Origin: an uncultured Nitrospiraceae bacterium
Lineage (GTDB): Bacteria; Nitrospirota; Nitrospiria; Nitrospirales; Nitrospiraceae
DNA length: 64,000 nt
Assembly: GCA_963706325.1 (NCBI GenBank)
Contig: CAVPLT010000002.1
Location: 128,001-192,000 of the forward strand
Reading direction: 5' to 3'
Position numbers and translations under genes: made by a program. This document shows, one piece after another, positions 62,285-64,000 of this stretch (position 1 is the stretch's first letter; every line of letters begins with the position of its first letter). A model generated the notes under the pieces. It saw nothing but the letters and a program-made list of their open reading frames with translations. It did not search any database and had not been told where the DNA came from.

Positions 62285-63370
62285 TCAATATTGCGTGCAC
62301 TTCCCGAGCATCCGAACGATTTGGCCAGTTTCGGTACTCCAGACGATGGGCGAACCGAATGTTATACCGCCAACGATATATTTGCCATTCGGACTATATG
62401 AAACGCCTCGAACGTTCAGCTCATGAGGAACCTTAAGTTGATGTTCCGGCTTTGCCGACTCGATGTGCCATATCGTTATGACCTCCTCCCCCAATCCTCC
62501 TGAGGCCAAATGGATTCCATCAGGACTGAATGCTAACTGCGTCAATTCCGACCCTGAAGTGTTGTATCCGAACTTTCGCACGCTTTCACCAGTGGTTGTG
62601 TTCCACATGGAGATTGCAAAGTCCTTTGCATCATTTGGGTAAGCAAGCGCAGCAACGAGACGATTGTCCGGGCTCAACGCGACAGAAAAAATGTGTCCCT
62701 CGACCCTAAAACTTTGCTTCTGTAGCTTAGCCCTCACATCCCACGAACGAACCGTCCCGTCCCGGCTGCCAGAGAACAGGGTGGACCCATCAGAACTGAA
62801 AGTTAAGGATTCGACGACATCCCAGTGTCCTTTCAACTCTGCGACCATCGACCCATGTTTCTTAGCCTCCCAAATTCTGATCGAGTTATCATGTCCGCCG
62901 GACGCGATCATTTCACCATCTTGACTATAGGCGACCGTCCTTACTCCTCTCATATCCTCGGTTGAAAAGACCTCAATATCATCAAATACCTCTCCTCGCG
63001 GATTGTCAGGGTCTATCCCATAGAGCCTGACAGTCCGATCTCTAACTCCCGCCGCGAAACGGCTGCCATTTGGACTCCAAGCTACAGACATGACTCCTGC
63101 CAAAAGAGGTCCATATCCATCTTCACCCTCGCGAATGCGTGGATCGTCGATGTAGACAAAAGGGCCACGTTCACATGCGTCAGCTCGCCACAGTCGAATC
63201 GTTCAGTCAAGGCCACTGGAAAGAATATGCCTTCCATCGGGGCTCCATGCCACGGCTGTCACCTCTTGTTTGTCGGGCAGAAAGTACGTTAGTGCGCGAA
63301 CCGCCGTCCCAACACAAAGGGGGACTAATGCCACCATCGTCAAAGCACCGACTTTTAGGATGTTCCTCAC
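62285..63370 (-). pseudogene. Secreted WD40-repeat protein with one in-frame TGA
   Basis: The frame extends upstream of the listed ORF: GTG 63370 MRNILKVGALTMVALVPLCVGTAVRA..VAWSPDGRHILSSGLD*TIRLW, with TGA at 63203-63205. Confidence 0.8.
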
Positions 63371-63409
63371 AACGCACGAGAATACACGGATCCCATAAGG
63401 ATTTCGATA

Positions 63410-63560
63410 AATGGTTCTCCAAGCCTGCTTCCCGCCTTAGAGCGCGTCCTGCTCGGTCTCCCACTGCGCGTGTCCAACGAGGGGAGTCCGCGACCGCGCG
63501 TTGCACGAGCACAGGAGACCAGCATGACGCCCTTCTTCTCCCTCTCCCCCCTCGTAGAAC
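63410..63560. repeat. Probable Nitrospira-type intergenic repeat element
   Basis: GCGCGTGTCCAACGAGGGGAGTCCGCGACCGCGCG resembles a repeat I recall from Nitrospira genomes; only one copy here and unverified. Confidence 0.35.
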
Positions 63561-63650
63561 GCAGGCGTTCTCAGCCAACTGCTTGTGGATCCACGGTTTC
63601 ACGGAGCCACCCATCAACCGCTCTCAGTTTGTATGAGAATCGAATGCGAG

Positions 63651-63680
63651 CAAGAGAGGGTCAGGTCTTGCAATCAAACA
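63651..63680. repeat. REP-like motif, inverted copy
   Basis: CAAGAGAGGGTCAGGTCTTGCAATCAAACA is the reverse complement of 60344-60375 apart from a 2-bp indel. Confidence 0.8.
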
Positions 63681-63737
63681 ATCAGGCGTATGCTTGGTTG
63701 GCAACAGGGGTTCATTCAGACGCCTTGCGGCCTGCAC

Positions 63738-64000
63738 CTAGCGATTCATTGCAACCGCGAGCCGAAAGCCCAGCGCGTGGAGGAGGGCGTCGAGGCTTCT
63801 AAATTCAGGATTGCCGCGCTCCGAGAGCATGCGATACAGACTTTCCCGATTCAGCTTCGTTTTCTCGGCGAGCGACGCGACCCCTCCCTGAGCCTCTGCC
63901 ACATTTCGTAACGCCAGCAAGAACAATTCGGGATCATCCTCTTCGAGCGCGGCATTCAAATACTCTTCAGCTTCCCGCGCATCTCGCAGGCTTTCGATGG
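63738..64000 (-). CDS. Addiction-module antidote protein (HI1420-like), 5' end outside the window
   Basis: EYLNAALEE..FLLALRNVAEAQGG..LNRESLYRML..GNP. Confidence 0.85.
   Translation of the reverse strand, partial: IESLRDAREAEEYLNAALEEDDPELFLLALRNVAEAQGGVASLAEKTKLNRESLYRMLSERGNPEFRSLDALLHALGFRLAVAMNR

Noticed and set aside
63203..63205. TGA as selenocysteine
   Set aside because: The position is the variable residue in the WD40 SGxDxTIRLW turn, not a Cys site, and no evident SECIS follows.
55960..63690. Repeats as a CRISPR array
   Set aside because: Copies are kilobases apart, variable and without regular spacers, and no cas genes are present.

Overview
A GC-rich bacterial chromosomal window. 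Gene content and intergenic repeat style suggest Nitrospira (inference, not verified). The left ~14 kb is core-like: HD-GYP and HEAT-repeat pair, SGNH hydrolase, thioredoxin, gnd-zwf, threonine aldolase, MFS transporter, a divergent ProA paralog, methyltransferase and NTP-transferase. From ~14 kb on it is an accessory mosaic: a lipase-CHAT-zincin-like fusion, a two-component system, an orphan radical SAM gene coupled to a 91-aa protein with a duplicated GTPxP motif (best candidate for an undescribed system), NfeD/SPFH, an Fe-S membrane protein/DUF5989/SGNH unit, pyk, several redox and detox genes, and toxin-antitoxin remnants. It holds many broken genes (RNase II-like, DUF1810, TPMT, P460-like cytochrome, AraC, RelE, WD40, histidine kinase and RAYT fragments) and a family of REP-like repeats, two of which are inverted around a nuclease/antitoxin/WD40 segment. 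No rRNA, tRNA or CRISPR array was recognised. Family assignments come from reading motifs by eye, not from database searches.
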